Assembly: GCF_006345805.1 (NCBI RefSeq)
Contig: NC_043004.1
Span: 72,354,001 to 72,418,000 of the forward strand
Length of the DNA stretch: 64,000 bases
Direction of reading: 5' to 3'
Source of the DNA: Octopus sinensis
Taxonomy: Eukaryota
Below, one piece after another: positions 60,008-64,000 of the stretch (within the stretch, counting starts at the first letter, position 1; every line of letters begins with the position of its first letter). Made by a program: the position numbers and the translations under genes. Under the pieces are notes generated by a model that saw only the letters and a list, made by a program, of their open reading frames with translations, was not told where the DNA came from and searched no databases.

Positions 60008-61239
60008 CATATATTTAAGGGTAATGAATTTAAATATTTATTAGGAGCGTATAAATATCTATATACGGAGACAAGTCCTTTGACAGGACTTCTTACATGC
60101 TAAAAAGGGCAGTTACAACCCAAAACCACTAAAAATGGAATTCTTAAGACACGCTGCTTATAGGCACTAGATTGAATTTAAAAATTGGTTAACCTTATAC
60201 TCGAGTGTCGCTATTAATGAGCAAATAAATTAATTTACTACATGTAGCTCGTCAGCACGATCGCTAAAGAATGTATTATTATGTAGTTGTAATACGTACA
60301 GAAAACACGAGGCAAACACAAACGCAAGACAGCTCCATCTTTATATATTATGGATTCCAACTTAATGTGTGAGGGTAGACAGAATAGCACAGCAGTAAGT
60401 AAATTTAAACTGAGGAAATTTAAACTCAGAATTGGAACGTTCACTGCATAAGTATAAAGGTAAAAAATTAAAATGATTTATTACCAGTCATAACAGATAA
60501 AATATTTTATATGAGTGTATAAGATTTATACACGGAGAGAAGTCCTGGATTTATATATTATCCTGTGATAATTTCAAAGAACCCCTTTTTGGACCTGGCT
60601 ACAAACCACATCATAAACCAATATGTAGGAGTCTACTTTGGAGTATTATGTAGTTGAAAGCCAGTAAATTCAAGGAACGAAAATTATTTCATGAGCAGTA
60701 TGTATAACCTAAAGAATGTCACGAGAAATGAGATGAATGTACTTATTTTACTCTGGCGATATCCATAAAACGACAGCCGTTTCGAAGCTAACATAATGCA
60801 AAGATGATTTTATTTAGAATATAATAAATTACTTTACATGTCTGCAATTGTGTTTACGCTATAAATTGCAAAGTACTATTATACATTTTACAAAATACAG
60901 GTATAAAAGACTAGTTCTTCAGATCATCAGAATATCATTGTTACACCGAATTTTCAACTGCACTATACACATAAAACATTAGATATTTTATTTAGGTGTT
61001 AAGCATTCTGCTATTTATAAAATTATTATATTTGTTGAAGAATATATCTACAGACTATCATATTCTATTTTTTCCTATCACTAAAAAACTACACTATAAT
61101 CACGGCACAGCTCTCTATATCTGTACTCTCGAAACTATGGACACTTGTGATTTTGGGGGTTCTCCTGTATATACCATAGAATTTATCTCATTATTATTAT
61201 ACATCAATTACTAACTTTAATAATGTTGATTATTATATA

Positions 61240-61520
61240 ACTTGGAATATGTTGGTTGTTCCTGGATTATGTGTACTGATAAAAAGAATAGCATTTTCTT
61301 CATTTTTCCCCGGTGTCTTCACTTCTGTAATGTCCAGCATCATCACCTTTGTAAGTCCATTATAAATTTTAAGGCTAATTTCTGGCTTTTTAGGAAGCCT
61401 TTGATCTCATCAAATCAAGTTTGATTTTTTTTATCAACAACTAGTTCCCCAATGTTCCAATTGATATGTGAAGAATGGCTAGAGTAAATCTTCAAATATT
61501 GGTATGTCTGATGTTTTTGT
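61240..61520 (-). mobile_element. Penelope-like ORF remnant (thumb region)
   Basis: TYQYL..YSSHSSHI..NI...EIKGFLKSQK...ILFISTHNP. Confidence 0.6.
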
Positions 61521-61550
61521 AAAATATATCCGCTATTATTGTCGAGTCGC

Positions 61551-61581
<31 letters not shown>

Positions 61582-64000
61582 GTGTGTGTGTGTGTGAGTG
61601 TGTGTGTGTGTGTGTGAGTGTGCGTGCGCGTATATGTGTGGGGGTAGGGGGGGTAAGTGTGTAAATATACACATTTACAACAGCAGTCACTCACCATGCT
61701 AATGCAACTGCAATTTTCAATAGAAAATTTTCTTACTCAGACGAACCAAACTCCAATAATTACAATGTTTACCTCGATAGACAAAGCATGGCCATAAAAT
61801 ATGGTTAAGAATGTTCTCCGAAACATTTTCCCGTTAAAGCTGCACATCATATCTTAATCAAACAGCGATAATACGCAAGGAATTATCAATTATTATACCT
61901 GAAGTACAACAGCGTGTGTCACCCAGTGGTCGTTCGATCAGCAAATACTTTTAGCTTTTAAATCCCACCTTAGGACACATAAACTTATGCTGTTGAAAAT
62001 ATGCTTTCAGCATTCTTTGGAGCTTAACAACTACAACTATCATTAAAGTTAGTCTTTAAAATGAATACAGTTTTGTCATAATCACATAATCTTTGCTTTA
62101 CAATAACTGGAAGTTCTTTTCCAAACACGCTTAAATATAGAAATCCAAAAGATATCAGATCAAAATTCTTACAAGTTGCAGAATTGAACGTAATATCTGA
62201 GATGGTATACCTCAAATACACAGAATATATAGAGATATCACTGGAAAATTTCTAATAGGTATACGAGTATTCTGCATAAACCCCACGTTGTTAAATATAG
62301 GCTTTCATAATACATGAGCAAAGCACAATAGTTAATGCGCTTGTGCTGACTATGCTTTATTAAAGAGATTTGATAATACAGAAACATACCTGATTACATG
62401 TTTTAATGTATTATTTCGGAGATTCCTCTCTTATCTGTATCGCTAAGAAATTGATATTAACGCTAAAGATTTTTTGTACTAATTACGAGTGCAGTTTCAG
62501 TCTTGAAATAACATTTGTAGACGCTACGTTGTGTATGTTGATATCTATGAGAGAGCCTAACCTCTTAGCAGTTTCTGAAACTATTAGAAATTACCTCCAA
62601 TATTTATATTATCATATTTCACCCTTTTAGATGAACACATTATACAAATGTGGTCTCCATTGAACACTGTCCCAAGGAAGATAATAACGGCTACAATTTC
62701 TTTGATAAAATAGCTACTCAACGACTCCTCAACCAAGACTCATGGAAATCTATGGATACACAAGAACACTAGACTGCTAAGCCTTCAAGCTCTGTATCTT
62801 CTGTTACACTGACACCCCTCCTAATATTCAGGTTGTACCCCCATCTAATCTATCCTTTGTACGTTATTTCAGAAAACCTTTTAGAATTTTAATTCTGCAA
62901 TTTCTGTTTCCTCTATATTTAACTAGTAATACGATTAAAGTTTGCAGGATAGATCGATATGGATAAAAACATCGAAGCTAAATTATGTGATCTCGGCCAT
63001 ATCCGAACGCACAATGCAGGATTACAATAAATGCTCTACAGATGTTTGTTCGCTAATTAACATGAGAATTTGTGGCATCCATGCCTTTCTCGGGGGGGGG
63101 GGTTGATTATCAATATTTTATTCGAACGAAAATATAAAACATGCCATGGCCTTCCCCAATCAATTCTCAACCTCTTGTGTGTTATCGATGTCATTGATCA
63201 TAATTTGTCTAGAGCAAATTAAAAATTAAACAAATTGAAAACCATCAATACAACACAACGTTAAAGTATAGCTCTTTTGTTCACCGAGCGCATAAATGTA
63301 TGTAACCTGTGTCAAGTAGTTTAATTGCGTAGGTCGGTGGATAGAAGTGGAAACAGACTGGAAAAGGAAACTTATCTTAAAACTGATATCAAAGCATTCT
63401 GGAGAGAAAAAATACAGCAGCATACGACCGCAAGTTTAAGAACGTGTTGAAGAAAGCTGAAATAGTCTGACGACAGTATCTAGAGTTAGAGGGGAAGTAA
63501 GTTCGAGTTGCTCACCTATCTTTAAAACGTTGGAAAACATCTGACGATATTTGTTTTTAATCCGTCGTCTGATTTCCTGAATCGTCAGAATTAAAAGATA
63601 GAAAAACTAATCTTGTTTATCGAAACTGGAAAACGCAGAAGATTTGTTTCCTGTAGGACACTTCTGGTTGATCAATTTCAAGAAATCTTAAAGGTAAGTG
63701 AATTCATTTTATTAGTAATTAAATGAGTGATAGTAACCGCAATAGTTTCTATAAATCTGTGTTGAAAAATACTGTAAGTGATATGTACTTTCATTACGTT
63801 TGATTTTATTATTCTCATATCCCATATCCATAGATCGCGGAAGGAAGGATGGGGGGTTCGAAGAAGTCATGGTTCCATTTATAAAGTATATTTAATATTC
63901 AGTTACGTACATTTAAATTCTGGTTTCAAATCCTATAGTGGAAAGTTTTGCTTTTCTTTTTGTCTCTCTCCTGCCTCGTTTCAGTTTATGTTAGAAATCA

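Noticed and set aside
60772-60930. Minus-strand CTGATGA...GAAAC-GGCT-GTC hammerhead-like spacing
   Set aside because: Helix I and the helix II closing pairs do not form convincingly.
63657-63693. Exon-like segment between CCTGTAG and GTAAGT
   Set aside because: No partner exons were found, and the minus strand reads like a PLE remnant (FLKLINQKCP).

Overview
This is repeat-rich, AT-rich eukaryotic genomic DNA, most consistent with an octopus (coleoid cephalopod). That assignment is inferred from the SINE families and the dense (AT)n/(CATA)n/(AAT)n microsatellites. There is one host gene on the + strand, found by manual splice-phase matching: a secreted PAN/apple-domain protein with exons at 3007-3346, 3402-3425, 6989-7083, 11872-12025 (apparent 1-nt frameshift), 19543-19649 and 20149-20282. 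Everything else is mobile DNA: R4/Dong, RTE and Tx1/L1 LINEs, several Penelope-like elements (PLEs), mariner/Tc1 copies, tRNA-derived SINEs and a 5S rRNA-like copy. Two unusual systems stand out. (1) About ten hammerhead-ribozyme (HHR) motifs with intact or covariant cores, plus several decayed ones. They include about 380-420 bp rod-like foldback elements with an HHR at the apex (one is a U3:A8 core variant), and a 1.1 kb near-perfect palindrome that puts a sense HHR about 70 nt upstream of the gene's first coding exon. (2) An about 11 kb head-to-tail array of Tx1-like elements (44490-55270). It includes ORF1(gag)-only members, a recurring ACATGGAGGAAAGC junction motif, and a 3' tail shared with the tandem modules of the local SINE. 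Most ORFs in the supplied track are microsatellite or antisense artefacts. All alignments and folds were done by eye, and boundaries of decayed elements are approximate.
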